Positions 26,048 through 36,700 of a stretch of DNA of 64,000 nt are shown piece by piece. Origin of the DNA: Spirochaetia bacterium. Its GTDB lineage: Bacteria; Spirochaetota; Spirochaetia; Treponematales; UBA12059. The notes beneath the pieces were generated by a model, which was given only the letters and a program-made list of their open reading frames with translations, was not told the origin of the DNA and ran no database searches. Location: NCBI GenBank assembly GCA_034003955.1, contig JAVEXO010000008.1, positions 894-64,893 of the forward strand, in the 5' to 3' direction. The translations under genes and the position numbers were made by a program. How positions within the stretch are numbered: position 1 is the first letter of the stretch; every line of letters starts with the position of its first letter.

Positions 26048-27600
26048 GGCCGCTCGTCGGTTTTGCCCAGTCGCTTAGGATTGATAGAACAACAAAGGAT
26101 ACATATGCGCTTTCCGATGACCTCCTCATGGAGGCGGCAGCCATAGGCATGGCGCACATCCTTTTTAATGATGATTCATTGCGCCGTAGCCTCGATGCCG
26201 GTGAGCCGCCTGCCCTGGCTATCTGCGGTGGCGGTAACAATGGAGGGGATGCCCTCGCGCTGCTGCGCCGCCTGGCATTTTCAGGAAGGCGTGGCCTCGT
26301 GGCGCTGGTACCGACACGGCTTGGCGATACCTGTGCCCACAGGCTCTCCGAGGCTACTCGTGCCGGCGTTACCATGCTGGCACCCGATGATTCCAGGGTC
26401 AATGATGCCATACGCGAGGCAGGCATAGTCATAGATGGGGCCGCTGGCGTGGGCTTTAAGGGTGGCTTGCGCCCGGAGCTTGCCAGGCTCATAGGGCTGA
26501 TGCGCCATGCGCCTTGTCCTGTCGTCGCCATAGACGTACCCTCAGGCTTGGGCTCTCTACCTGATCCAGGACTCGAGCCAGAACAAGCCGTTTGCGCCTC
26601 TGTGAGTCTCTGCGTGGATCCATTGAAGGCAGAGCTCTATTACCAGGGCAACAGGAGCAATGCCGGCCGCATCATTCCCGTCTCGGGCGTGTTCCCGGTA
26701 TCCGCAGGCCGCGATTCCAGCGTCTCGCTCCTTGAACCGGATGACCTCGGCTCCCACCTACCTTTCCTTGATCCAGACTGCCATAAAGGACAGCGAGGTG
26801 CCTTAGGCGTCTTTGCGGGGTGCCCTGGATCCACGGGGGCAGCCGTACTGTGTTCCAAGGCCGCATCGGCGGCAGGGGCGGGTAGTGTTACCCTGCTTGT
26901 GCAAGACCAGATCGTGCCGATACTCAGCTCTCTTTTAGTGTCCCAGATGGTAAGGTCAGCCACGCAGCCCGGTACCAGAAGGTTCGACGCCATTGTGGCC
27001 GGTCCTGGTTGGGGCATAAACGGGGCTAATGAGCGTAGACTCGATGAACTATGGGATTCTGCCCTGCCACTGGTCCTGGACGCCGATGCCTTAAGGCTCC
27101 TGGCGGCAAGCCCACGGGAACCTCGCTGTTCGCCATTGATGCTGACACCCCATCCTGGGGAGTTCGCCTCGCTGGCCGCCATAGCCGGTGGAGCAGACCC
27201 CCGGGATGCACTGTCTTTTGCCGCGGCATGCTCCGTGGCCGCCAGACGTGCCCGCTACGATACGTCGGCAGTGCTGGCAGACACGGCCAGGCACTTTGCT
27301 GCCGTCATAGTCCTCAAGGGCTCGGTGACCTGGATAGGCGAACCGGACGGACGCATGGCAGTATGGGATGGTCGGGATCCGGGCCTGGCCTGCGCAGGCT
27401 CCGGCGATGTGTTGGCCGGACTCGCCGGTGGCTTTATGGCTCGCGGTGCCTCTGCCTGGGATGCCGCCATTGCGGCTGTCATAAGCCATGCTCTGGCGGG
27501 CCGGGCTTTGGCCTTCAAGGGATTCTACGAGGCAGGGGATCTACTGGCCCCTGTAGCCGCCCTGGCCTCTAAAAGGAGTCTAGATGGAAACGAAGGATAA
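26044..27600 (+). CDS. nnr: bifunctional NAD(P)H-hydrate repair enzyme Nnr (epimerase + ADP-dependent dehydratase)
   Basis: The YjeF_N motif is ICGGGNNGGDALA. The C-terminal carbohydrate-kinase motifs are HKGQRGALGVFAGCPGSTGAAVL and GSGDVLAG. GTG 26044 overlaps the upstream stop as GTGA. Confidence 0.85.
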   Translation: MRPLVGFAQSLRIDRTTKDTYALSDDLLMEAAAIGMAHILFNDDSLRRSLDAGEPPALAICGGGNNGGDALALLRRLAFSGRRGLVALVPTRLGDTCAHRLSEATRAGVTMLAPDDSRVNDAIREAGIVIDGAAGVGFKGGLRPELARLIGLMRHAPCPVVAIDVPSGLGSLPDPGLEPEQAVCASVSLCVDPLKAELYYQGNRSNAGRIIPVSGVFPVSAGRDSSVSLLEPDDLGSHLPFLDPDCHKGQRGALGVFAGCPGSTGAAVLCSKAASAAGAGSVTLLVQDQIVPILSSLLVSQMVRSATQPGTRRFDAIVAGPGWGINGANERRLDELWDSALPLVLDADALRLLAASPREPRCSPLMLTPHPGEFASLAAIAGGADPRDALSFAAACSVAARRARYDTSAVLADTARHFAAVIVLKGSVTWIGEPDGRMAVWDGRDPGLACAGSGDVLAGLAGGFMARGASAWDAAIAAVISHALAGRALAFKGFYEAGDLLAPVAALASKRSLDGNEG

Positions 27601-28114
27601 GAATCAGATAGTCTATTACTACAACCGTGAAAAGCGTATGGAGAAGGCAGGCCCCAATGCCAGGTTCATGGTTGACCACTATAACGGCAAGAGGCCCGGG
27701 ATATTCCGCTCCCTGACGGCGACCAGGTCGCTACGCTATCTATTCTTCGCCGTCGTGTTCATGACGATAGCGGTGCTTGTCGTCTCATATATACAGGGTT
27801 CCAGGAATACTGGCACCGTAGGCGGCGTCAATCTGAGCGTCTCGGCCATGTGGTTTGAAGGAGACGTCTATGTCAGCATAAAGCGACGCTCTCCCTGGTA
27901 CATGGTTTTTACCTCCTCTGCTGCAACGACGTCTGCCATAGAGATACGTACGGGTGATGGAAATTCTTCATCCCTGGGTTATATGCAGGCTTCTGACCAG
28001 GAGATTAAGCTGCGCTTTGAGGCCGGAATCAAGCCAGAAAGGATAGCCGTGCTGGCCAGTATCGAGAAGGAAGGAAAGACAGAGTCTGTCGAGCTTGTTT
28101 CAAGGGTAGAGTAG
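27584..28114 (+). CDS. hypothetical single-pass membrane protein
   Basis: AAGGAG lies 6 nt upstream. One TM helix is present (LRYLFFAVVFMTIAVLVVSYI). It overlaps the nnr stop by 17 nt. I recognise no family. Confidence 0.55.
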   Translation: METKDKNQIVYYYNREKRMEKAGPNARFMVDHYNGKRPGIFRSLTATRSLRYLFFAVVFMTIAVLVVSYIQGSRNTGTVGGVNLSVSAMWFEGDVYVSIKRRSPWYMVFTSSAATTSAIEIRTGDGNSSSLGYMQASDQEIKLRFEAGIKPERIAVLASIEKEGKTESVELVSRVE

Positions 28115-28181
28115 GTTGCGACCTTGACCGGGCTATTGCTTTTCGCTATGGTAAAATACACATTTGAAGGGGGATGACGGC

Positions 28182-28592
28182 ATGGTTCAGTTCTATCTTT
28201 TGAGCGTCATCATGAATATAGTCGCTGGCTACGCCCTCCTCTCGTTCGAGACGGAGCCCAAGGGTAGCAAGTTCGACGGTATACGGGAATACTTGAAGGA
28301 TAGTACCATCCGCCTTGTCCTGGGTATCCTGTGCGCCACCGTTGGCTTCTTCAAGCTCCTGACGGTCATGCGTGGCGATATTCCTGTGGTTGGCGACCTG
28401 CTGCCTTCCTTGGCAGGAATGGCTTCCGGGCTTACACTCCTCCTTGAGTTCTACCGCACAAATTCTCAGGTCACTACAAATGGCTTGGAGAAGCTCAACT
28501 CCATCTTTGTGGCCAACAGGCGCATAGTGGGCATCGTAGCCGTGGTCAGCGGTTTTGTACATTTCCTCTTTGCAAACGTTTTGTTCCTCTAG
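28182..28592 (+). CDS. hypothetical multi-pass membrane protein (about 4 TM helices)
   Basis: The hydrophobic pattern reads FYLLSVIMNIVAGYALL, LVLGILCATVGFFKLL, LPSLAGMASGLTLLL, IVGIVAVVSGFVHFLF. ATG 28182 sits behind AAGGGGGA. The track start is TTG 28164. The same-locus minus-strand ORF 28146-28646 looks non-protein-like. Confidence 0.55.
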   Translation: MVQFYLLSVIMNIVAGYALLSFETEPKGSKFDGIREYLKDSTIRLVLGILCATVGFFKLLTVMRGDIPVVGDLLPSLAGMASGLTLLLEFYRTNSQVTTNGLEKLNSIFVANRRIVGIVAVVSGFVHFLFANVLFL

Positions 28593-28979
28593 ATGCGGTC
28601 TCTTGCCGGTATAGCGCTTCGTGCTAACAGCGTCTTCGTGGCTCAAAGGCTAGCCGGAGGAGCGATGGGCGGCAAGTGGGAATTCCCTGGCGGCAAGGGT
28701 GAATCCGGAGAAAGCGACCAAGAGGCCATAGCCAGGGAGTACGACGAGGAATTTGGGCTTAAGGTACGAGTCGGGGACACGATAGGAGAGTCGTCATTCG
28801 AGAACGCAGGCAAGCGCTACGCCTTGGCGGCCATTTTAGTGTCTTTCGATGGAGAGCCACCGGCGCTCAGGGAGCATCAACGGGTATTATGGGTAGACGC
28901 CGAGGCCTTGAGCAAGCTCGACCTGTCTGATTCTGACCGCTCACTTGTTCCCTTCGTCCTGCCTCTATTGGTCCGCTGA
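28593..28979 (+). CDS. Nudix hydrolase (MutT/8-oxo-dGTP diphosphatase-like)
   Basis: The Nudix box is GGKWEFPGGKGESGESDQEAIAREYDEEFGL. The ATG follows the upstream TAG directly. Confidence 0.8.
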   Translation: MRSLAGIALRANSVFVAQRLAGGAMGGKWEFPGGKGESGESDQEAIAREYDEEFGLKVRVGDTIGESSFENAGKRYALAAILVSFDGEPPALREHQRVLWVDAEALSKLDLSDSDRSLVPFVLPLLVR

Positions 28980-29198
28980 GTCGAAGAGGCCCAGCTCTGG
29001 CTTGCCATCTGGCGCTACAGGCCGGTTGAGCAGTATTTCTACCCTCGCTTCTACGCGCTGCAAGTCCTTCTCGAGTCCTTTTGATAGCTTTATGCCTTCC
29101 TCGAATATGGCCATGGCATCTTCTAACGCAAGCTCAGGATCCCGTATGCTCTCCGACAATTCTTCCAGGCGCTTGAGCCTTTCCTCAAAATTCTTCAT
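28965..29198 (-). CDS. xseB: exodeoxyribonuclease VII small subunit
   Basis: It is 77 aa. FEERLKRLEELSESIRDPELALEDAMAIFEEGIKLSKGLEKDL is typical XseB. It has a 4-nt overlap with the xseA stop. Confidence 0.85.
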   Translation of the reverse strand: MKNFEERLKRLEELSESIRDPELALEDAMAIFEEGIKLSKGLEKDLQRVEARVEILLNRPVAPDGKPELGLFDSADQ

Positions 29199-30397
29199 CC
29201 ATGTACCTCCGCTATCGTGGCCACGGCATCGCCCTTGGCAAATGTTATTGAAACTGATTCTCCAGCTGACAGGGCGGAGGCATCCCTCAATGCTGCCTTG
29301 TCTCCAGGACGCCTGACGACGGCGAAACCTCGAGCCAGTATGGCCATGGGGTCTGAGGCTGCCAGCAGTGACGCCGAGCCACTCAGCCGCTGTCCAGAGC
29401 CGCTGATGGCGCTTGCAATGCCACGAGACAGCTCTTCGCTGGCGTAGTCAAAACGCTGGCGGTATGGCTGGAGAACACGCTCGAAGCGTAGCTCTAGCCT
29501 GTCGCTGGAAAAGGATTCTACGAGCATCCTGGCCTTCTGCAGGCGGGCATTGAAGCTGAGGCTCAAGGTTTCTGCCGCCACGTCTATCCGTTCGGCTATG
29601 GCTGCCGCGCTGTCTGATACCAGCTCGGCGGCGGCGCTTGGTGTAGGAGCCCGCATAGACGCCGCGTAGTCGCACAGGCTCCAGTCTATCTCGTGTCCTA
29701 CGGCACTTATCACCGGTATTCTGGAGGCCGCAACCGCACGCACCACCGACTCATCAGAGAATGCCAGGAGATCCTCCAGAGAGCCACCGCCACGGCTCAG
29801 GATTATGACGTCGCCAAGGGCATAGTCATTGGCTGCCTTTATCTGCCTAACGAGTGCCGGTGGCGCCTCGTCACCCTGGACAGCTGAGGGCAGTATGGTG
29901 ATTCTAAGTCCGGCGTTTCTTCTGCTCAGGACAGAAAGGATGTCATGGAGGGCGGCTCCTGTGGGAGAGCTTATGACGGCTACACGGCTAGGGAAGGCCG
30001 GTATAGGGGGCTTTGTGGCCTGGTCGAACAGCCCTTCATCGGCTAGCCGTCGTTTGCGTTCCTCCAGAAGGGCCAGGATGTCGCCTTCACCGGCCTTCTG
30101 CATAGACTCAACGACAATCTGGTACTGGCCCCTTGCCGCGTAGACACCAAGTGCTCCGCGTGCGCGGACCAAGGCACCGTCTGTTGGTTTAAAGTTGAGC
30201 CTCATCGCTCGCCCTTTAAACATGACGGCCTGGATGGAGGCGCCAGAGTCCTTGAGGGTAAAGTAGACGTGGCCGGATGAGGCGGGCCGCCAGTTTGATA
30301 TCTCGGCTTCGAGCAGGACGTCTGGCAGGGCGTCTTCTATGAGATTCTTGACTATGCCGGTAAGCTCGCTAACCGACAGCGCACGCTCGTCTGTCAT
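29195..30397 (-). CDS. xseA: exodeoxyribonuclease VII large subunit
   Basis: The OB-fold N-terminus reads LSVSELTGIVKNLIEDALPDVLLEAEISNWRPASSGHVYFTLKD. The catalytic region reads ILSRGGGSLEDL...ISAVGHEID. The start is taken as M13 (ATG 30397) and could be 30433. Confidence 0.9.
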   Translation of the reverse strand: MTDERALSVSELTGIVKNLIEDALPDVLLEAEISNWRPASSGHVYFTLKDSGASIQAVMFKGRAMRLNFKPTDGALVRARGALGVYAARGQYQIVVESMQKAGEGDILALLEERKRRLADEGLFDQATKPPIPAFPSRVAVISSPTGAALHDILSVLSRRNAGLRITILPSAVQGDEAPPALVRQIKAANDYALGDVIILSRGGGSLEDLLAFSDESVVRAVAASRIPVISAVGHEIDWSLCDYAASMRAPTPSAAAELVSDSAAAIAERIDVAAETLSLSFNARLQKARMLVESFSSDRLELRFERVLQPYRQRFDYASEELSRGIASAISGSGQRLSGSASLLAASDPMAILARGFAVVRRPGDKAALRDASALSAGESVSITFAKGDAVATIAEVHG

Positions 30398-30476
30398 GAC
30401 CGTACCATACTCCGGCCCAGAGTACGCGCGCAAGAGTGGGTGGAAAATTCTACTGTTTTCATGTATACCATTAGGT

Positions 30477-31277
30477 ATGAGACGTTTCGTTTTGACGATT
30501 ATAGTACTGTCGTTGCTATCTGGAGCCGTCTTCCTCGTAGGATGGTTGCCGCTTCGAGTCAGGCCCGGCAGCTATGCCGTGCTGGTAAGCAAGACAGGGG
30601 GAGTGTCAGATCTGGTTATAGAACCAGGAGTCTTCAGGTGGAGCCCATCGGTATTCCTTCCAACCAACGCCAGGTTTGTCCACTATATCCCGGTCATGGC
30701 CGAGCGCTTCATTGAGATTACTGGCGAGCTGCCTTCAGCCGATGTGTATGGGGCCTTCATGGCAGGTGAGCCTGATTTTTCGTACGCCATATCTGCCAGT
30801 CTGAGTGCTGCACCAAAACCAGAGGCTCTGCCTGAACTCTTCAAGCGTTGGGGCGTTGATGATGACGATAAGCTTTCGACATGGCTTGATGGCGAGATGG
30901 ATCTAGCCGCTAACGAGCTTAAGAGCCTGCTTGTAGCCTCTGATAATGATACCGAGACGCCAAGCGAGGCATCGCTTGTACGTGCTATGTCTGAAGGCCA
31001 TCCTCTCCTTGATATTCGCGGTATACGGATTGTGTCGGTCAGCAGGCCAGACCCAAGGCTCTACGAAGAGGCAAGGCGTCTGTATTCCTCCTACATGGAT
31101 AGCTTCAGGGCGGCTGTGGAACCAGTCATGGCTGAAGCATCCAGCATGGCGGCAGAACAGCAGATCCGCATGGATACACTCAAGCGCTACGGTGAGCTTT
31201 TAGAGCAGTATCCAATGCTCGTAGATTATCTGGCCATAGAGGCAGGCCTGGCGCCTCGAGCGATGAGCGGAAAGTAA
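30477..31277 (+). CDS. hypothetical membrane-anchored protein, weakly SPFH/band-7-like
   Basis: The N-terminal TM is MRRFVLTIIVLSLLSGAVFLVGWL. It is followed by RVRPGSYAVLVSKTGGVSDLVIEPGVFRWSP, which resembles the start of SPFH domains. The functional call is weak. The track start at 30339 overlaps xseA. Confidence 0.5.
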   Translation: MRRFVLTIIVLSLLSGAVFLVGWLPLRVRPGSYAVLVSKTGGVSDLVIEPGVFRWSPSVFLPTNARFVHYIPVMAERFIEITGELPSADVYGAFMAGEPDFSYAISASLSAAPKPEALPELFKRWGVDDDDKLSTWLDGEMDLAANELKSLLVASDNDTETPSEASLVRAMSEGHPLLDIRGIRIVSVSRPDPRLYEEARRLYSSYMDSFRAAVEPVMAEASSMAAEQQIRMDTLKRYGELLEQYPMLVDYLAIEAGLAPRAMSGK

Positions 31278-31281
31278 GACG

Positions 31282-31779
31282 GTGGAGTATTTCTTTAATT
31301 TTGATAAGCTAGGCTATCTGACGGGCAAGAAGCCCGATGGCTGCATACTCTGCCTGGTTGCAGAAGGTTCAGAAGAGGTTCAGAACCTGGGTGTATACCA
31401 GACGGCACTGTCTATGGTTTCACTCAATCTGTACCCATACAATCCAGGACACCTTATGGTGTTCCCAAGGCGACACATTCAGGACATACGACAGCTCAGT
31501 GCCGACGAGCAGGCCGACATAGAGGCCCTAAGCCGCCTGTGTCTCGATGTATTGGACAGCACCCACCACCCCGTGGCCTATAACCTGGGCTATAACATGG
31601 GTCTGTCGGCAGGAGCAAGCATAGACCACCTGCACCTGCACATAATACCACGCTACGCCCGTGAGATAGGCATAACAGAACTCCTTGCCGGCAGGCGTGT
31701 CCTCGTCCAGAATCCACTCGATACCCGGCTTTTGCTCATAGAGGCCTTCAAGAAGCTGGCTGACACTCAGGATCCTTAG
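31282..31779 (+). CDS. HIT-family nucleotide hydrolase/transferase
   Basis: The histidine triad is ASIDHLHLHIIPR. A GTG start is used. The stop overlaps the thiamine pyrophosphokinase stop tail-to-tail (TTAG). Confidence 0.8.
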   Translation: MEYFFNFDKLGYLTGKKPDGCILCLVAEGSEEVQNLGVYQTALSMVSLNLYPYNPGHLMVFPRRHIQDIRQLSADEQADIEALSRLCLDVLDSTHHPVAYNLGYNMGLSAGASIDHLHLHIIPRYAREIGITELLAGRRVLVQNPLDTRLLLIEAFKKLADTQDP

Positions 31780-32429
31780 AGAGGCATTGAGTCTAGAAGC
31801 CTATCCTGGAGGGGCAGGACGACGAAGACTGGCCTCTGGCCTGGATCGATCAGCACCTCGTCCGATGAGGCCATATTGGATATGCCAAAGTGACTCTGGT
31901 CCCATGACAGGCCGGCAAGCGGCCATCGTAAGCCCTCGCTGTGCATACCTATAGCCCCGCCCGATAGCGGGAATACCGAGACTGTCGCGCCGGTGCCCAC
32001 ACGAAACCGTCGTGGTTCCTGTAGGCGAACGATGCGTGAGCCAGAACAGAGCCATTCGTCTGGCCCCGAGGGGCGTTCAAGGAGGGCCCTGAGCGCCAGG
32101 AGATGGTCGAGCCTGCCTCCTCCTCCTCCAGCCATCACTATTGTCTCGTAGCCACGCTTCCTTAACTCGGCTAAGCCTATCTCCGTGTCGGTGTCGTCCT
32201 TGTCTACAGGAAACACCATGCTCCCAGGATACTCGGAGATGATGGCTGGGTTGGATATAGAATCCATATCGCCCACTACCAGATCTGGGCGAAGGTTCCA
32301 TGCACGCAAAGTATCGAGGCCTGAATCTGCGGCGCATATAAATGAGAATTCAGACAACCGGTCTTGTAATGCCCTGAAGGGGGGTGGGTCGCCACCTATG
32401 ACCAGGAGGGCCGTCTGTCCGGCGCTCAA
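31776..32429 (-). CDS. thiN: thiamine pyrophosphokinase
   Basis: Motifs are LLVIGGDPP, ICADSGL, LVVGDMDSI, DKDDTDTEIGL and IVMAGGGGGRLDHLLA, followed by a C-terminal thiamine-binding domain. Confidence 0.85.
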   Translation of the reverse strand: MSAGQTALLVIGGDPPPFRALQDRLSEFSFICAADSGLDTLRAWNLRPDLVVGDMDSISNPAIISEYPGSMVFPVDKDDTDTEIGLAELRKRGYETIVMAGGGGGRLDHLLALRALLERPSGPDEWLCSGSRIVRLQEPRRFRVGTGATVSVFPLSGGAIGMHSEGLRWPLAGLSWDQSHFGISNMASSDEVLIDPGQRPVFVVLPLQDRLLDSMPL

Positions 32430-33025
32430 TAGACTGCCTCGTCCATGGCCTCGAAGTCGGCTCGTACCTTGGCAAGCCTCTTAAGCTCGCGCTCTATGAT
32501 GCGTCCATAGTCAAGCTGGCCATCGACTATCCTGAACGACTCGTCTTCCCAGGCTTGTACATCGGGCAAAAAGATGAAGCGCATACCTTCTGCCTTTCGA
32601 GCCCATTCCTGTGCCCCAGGCCAGTAGGCCAGTGCCGCCCTGTAGGCTGTCTCGGCAATTTCCAGGCTCTCCAGGTTCTCTCGTTTCCATGGCGCATTAT
32701 AGAAGTAGGCAACCTGCTTGTCGAACTTAGCCCCGAGATAGAGATGCTGCTCTATCATCTTGAGTTCAATGTGCATGTTAAAGAGGTATCGGTATCGTTC
32801 CCAGTGACGCTTGTCTTCTATCTTGGCAAGGGCATAGAGGGGGTTGCAGAAATCTGCCTTTTGAGCCTGCTCCAGAAAATAGATATTCTCTATGGTATCG
32901 TCTGGATACTGGATGTAGTGTATGTGGTAGAGCCTGTAGAACTGTTCCTTGAAGTACACGGGATATCCCGGCAGGGCAAGGGAGCAGGCTACTAGAAATA
33001 CGCACAGGGTTGCCAATCGTTTCAT
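32426..33025 (-). CDS. hypothetical lipoprotein (Tyr/aromatic-rich, helical)
   Basis: The signal peptide and lipobox are MKRLATLCVFLVA-C. It has a 4-nt overlap with thiN and lies in an operon with tmk. I recognise no family. Confidence 0.55.
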   Translation of the reverse strand: MKRLATLCVFLVACSLALPGYPVYFKEQFYRLYHIHYIQYPDDTIENIYFLEQAQKADFCNPLYALAKIEDKRHWERYRYLFNMHIELKMIEQHLYLGAKFDKQVAYFYNAPWKRENLESLEIAETAYRAALAYWPGAQEWARKAEGMRFIFLPDVQAWEDESFRIVDGQLDYGRIIERELKRLAKVRADFEAMDEAVY

Positions 33026-33065
33026 ACATTAGAAGTATCGGCCTACACGATGGCCGGGTATAGCT

Positions 33066-33701
33066 CTAGCGACGAGAGACCTTGTTGGCCAGTGGGGCTA
33101 TGGCCTTCCAGACAGCCTCTTCTACCTGCTCTGATCTGGCTTCGGCGTCTATGTGTACCACCTTCATGCCCGCTTCCTCGAAGCTAGAGAGTACCGTGCG
33201 GTACCTTTGTGCCACCTGGCTTTGGAACTCCAGGTTTTCGTATATCTCCAAGGAGGCTCTGCTCCCCATACGCCCGGCGGCAGTATCCGGATCCAGTTCA
33301 AAGAATATGACCAGCTCAGGCAGGGGAAATGATTCATTGAGTCGTTCTGGAAGGCTCGGTTCGCATGTCAGCCCCTGGTATACCAGTGAAGAGAATAGGT
33401 AACGGTCGCTTATGACCAGTTCACCTCGTGCACAGCGTTCTACGATGCCATCTGGCCCGTACAGGTGCTCTCCACGGTCGGCCACGAATAGACGTGCGAC
33501 CGTCTCCGGCCTGGCGTCAAAGCTGCCTGATAAGGCTGAGCGTATGAGTACGCCTATGGGGCCTGTTGTAGGCTCACAACCCAGGCTGTAGGCCACGCCA
33601 GAGCGTTCGAGGCGAGTCTTGAGCAATCCTAGCTGAGTCGTCGTGCCTGAACCGTCTATGCCTTCTAGGACAATGAAGCCCTGTAGCGTTTCTCTATGCA
33701 T
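33066..33701 (-). CDS. tmk: thymidylate kinase
   Basis: The P-loop is IVLEGIDGSGTTTQ, followed by the DRY-like ISDRYLFSS and a lid region. Confidence 0.9.
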   Translation of the reverse strand: MHRETLQGFIVLEGIDGSGTTTQLGLLKTRLERSGVAYSLGCEPTTGPIGVLIRSALSGSFDARPETVARLFVADRGEHLYGPDGIVERCARGELVISDRYLFSSLVYQGLTCEPSLPERLNESFPLPELVIFFELDPDTAAGRMGSRASLEIYENLEFQSQVAQRYRTVLSSFEEAGMKVVHIDAEARSEQVEEAVWKAIAPLANKVSRR

Positions 33702-33766
33702 GGGAGGGGAGCATATACGAGCCGTCGTTATGGCGCAAGGCCTCGCTCTATGCTACTGTTCATCCT

Positions 33767-36700
33767 GTGAAGTTCCGTGCAGAAGCACCCGGTGTCGTAA
33801 CAACACTACTAGTCCTCGCAAGCGCCGTGCTTATAGTAGTATTGGCACCTCTGGCATTGTCTGGGGTGGCCTCGGCCGTAGCCGGAGCCCTGGAGTCGAG
33901 GCTGTCTCCTCTTCTTGAAGGACTCGAGGTGAGCTTGAGTTATGATGAGGCTTCCCCAAGGCTTCTGGGATACATAGAAGTACGGGGAGTCAAGCTGGGC
34001 TACGGGGGGCTGCCGCTTCTAAGTGCCGACAAGGTTAGGCTTCACTATGATCTGGCTGAGGCCTTGAGAGGTCGTTTCGATGTATCTCTTATACGCGTCG
34101 AGGAACTAGTCGTAGACTCAAGCTATGAAAGGCTCGCCTCGCTGTGGTCCCGGGTGTCAGAGAAATTTCCTGCAGAAGCCAAGGGGTCCGTGAGTCAGGA
34201 CAGGCGGGCGTTTGCGCCCAACATAGAAATGAGACGGTCGAGGCTGCGGCTAAGCCTTGATGATGGAGCCTTCGTTGAAGCCAGTATTCGCATGGCCGAT
34301 GTGGTATTACTCCAGGGCGGCTCTATTCAGGCCAGCCTTGCCGGTACCATGAGCGCCTTTGACCCCACAAGGCGTTACTTTCTGGAAAGAGCCGAGCTAC
34401 CATTCTCAGCCACGGGCATGTTCAAGCCTGAACCCTTGGAGCTCTCCATGGCCGTGGAACTCGCCATGACGAGTGACCAGGGCTCCCTTGCGCGCACACG
34501 CCTTGCAGTGGAGTTTGAAGAAGGTATGCTACGAACCTTTATTGCGCCGGGCTCGGGCCTCAAACGGCTCGGCGTCGAGTGGAACAGCGATACTAAACGT
34601 CTGGCAGTGGATGCCGCGTTCTATAACTGGATGCCATTGTCTCTCTTTGTACCATCGGGAGAGCTCAAACCCATCGTGCCATGGCTTGAATCCGGGTATT
34701 CGGGTTCTCTGTCTGTGAATACAGACTTGAGCCCGAAGGGTACGAGCATCATGGTCGATGTCTCAGGGAGGGTGCCCCTCGATGTTCCGGGCGGGAAACC
34801 TCGGATCTACCTGGAAGCCGATGGTAGCTGGGATGACATACGGGTAGGTACGGCTCTCTTAACGAATGATGTTTTTGCATTGAGATTCAATGGTCAGCTG
34901 ACACCCTACAATCTCGGAGCCTCTGGTTCCCTGCAGGCCAGTTACCTGGTAGCCCCTGGGGTCAAGGCGGAGGCCAGTTTCGATGTATTTGGCAGCGATG
35001 CATCATGGTTTGCGTATGCGCCAACGATAGGAGCCGCCGATGCCATGCTGCGTGACGCTACCATATCTCTCGAGTTAGGAGGCCAGTCTGTAGCCTTCTA
35101 CATAGACTCGGCGCTTCCATACCTCGAGTCCAGTGATACAGCAGCCTATGGTACGCCAGGATTAGAATCGGTTGAGGCGGCTTCGTCGGCAGTAACATCC
35201 CGCATAGTCATAGAAGGCGAGGCATCGCTGGGTGCGTCTCCATACATAGAGCTAGCCATCAGGCTGGGGGTGCTGCGCATGGAAGCCTTCCCGCTTCTCC
35301 TGGAATCGCTGCTGGGATCAGATGGTGCGGGGCTCCTGGCTCCTCTCAAGCTAGAGGGGGATCTAGCCGTCTATAGCGACTTCAAGGACCTGTCATACAA
35401 TGCATCAAGACTTCTCTTGGTCTACGATGGGCTCCTGGATGGCTTTGGTGTCGTTAGTTTTTCTGGAGGGCGTGACAGGCTCGACATAGGCTCACTCGAT
35501 GCAACAATAGCAGGATTCACTGTTATAGGAGAGGGTTCTGTAGACTACGGTAGCCGTGGTGCGACAGGGTTCAGGACGAGTTTTAAAGTGCAGGGTATTC
35601 CGTACGCCCTGAGTGGAGCCTTCATAGACGGGACCACCATCATCTCAGGGGATTATGGCCTGCATGTACTGGCAAGCGCTCAGTCAGGAGTGCTTGGCGC
35701 CAGCCTGGAGGTCGCCGACATGCCTGTCCCCTTCCTTGAAACCGTTTCTTTCCTGTCGGCTTCTGCCAATGTACGCGTGCTGTCTTCCAGCGATTGGCGA
35801 GTTGTTTTAAACTCTATGTCTCTAGTACAGCCTCCTGGCTCCATACGGCTCGTTCCATCACTGTATCTTAGCGGCTCGTTCGATGAAACGGGCGGCCGGC
35901 TAGGTACGCTGCGGTATACAGATGTTATTTCTACCCTTAATGGCTCCGCGGACGTAACCTGGGCTCTTGTAGACGGTTTTCGAGTATCGGCTACGGCAAA
36001 CCTTTCGGGTATTGACGGAGAATATTATTTTGTTGATGGAGAATACACGGGGGATGGCAGCATAGATGCCGTCGTCTCGATGCGTAAGGCATCGCTATCC
36101 AGGCTCTCTATTCCTGCATTGCAGGGAGTCATAGACCTGGATTCGACACTATCGGGTTCGTTTGACGATCCTACGGCACGTTTTAGTTTTACCGTCAACG
36201 GTGGGCAACGGGCGGCGAGCATGCCATTCCTCTCAGGTACAGGAGAGTATGGAGAAAGGACGTTACAGTTGGCTGATACAAGAATACGAGTGGGCCAACA
36301 GAGCGTCTCCGGGCTCGAGGCTCGTTACAATTTTTCGAGTGCAGAGGCTCGTTTGCATGCAGATGTAGCGCTCAGGCTGGGAACAAACGAACTATCAGCC
36401 AGCCTCGTGGCGTCAGGAATGCCTCTCTCAGACGCACCAGAAGGAGCCACTCCCTTCGATGACTATTCCATCAGTGGTGTTCTTAACAATGCCAGGTGGA
36501 TAGAGGATGCTCTAGGTGATGTACCCTTCGCCCTGACGGCTCTCAAGGGAGAGCTGCAACTGTCCCTTGGTGCAGATGATCAACTCAAGGCGCGTCTCGG
36601 TCCGTCGGGTGAAATAAGCCTGATGCTAGACCCCTCCCTGCCAGTATCGCTGCTTGCACAAGGCAGGATAGTCGACTCATTTCTCAGTCTCGATGTATCC

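Noticed and set aside
25935-27182. Long minus-strand ORFs (25935..26531 at 198 aa and 26640..27182 at 180 aa) plus several plus-strand alternate-frame ORFs over nnr
   Set aside because: All overlap the Nnr gene, which carries clear YjeF_N and carbohydrate-kinase motifs. The compositions are Ala/Arg/Pro/Ser-rich shadows.
28146-28646. 166-aa minus-strand ORF overlapping the 28182..28592 membrane-protein ORF
   Set aside because: The plus-strand frame gives four clean hydrophobic helices, has a Shine-Dalgarno and fits the co-directional operon. The minus-strand product is charged and Cys/His-rich, with no start context.
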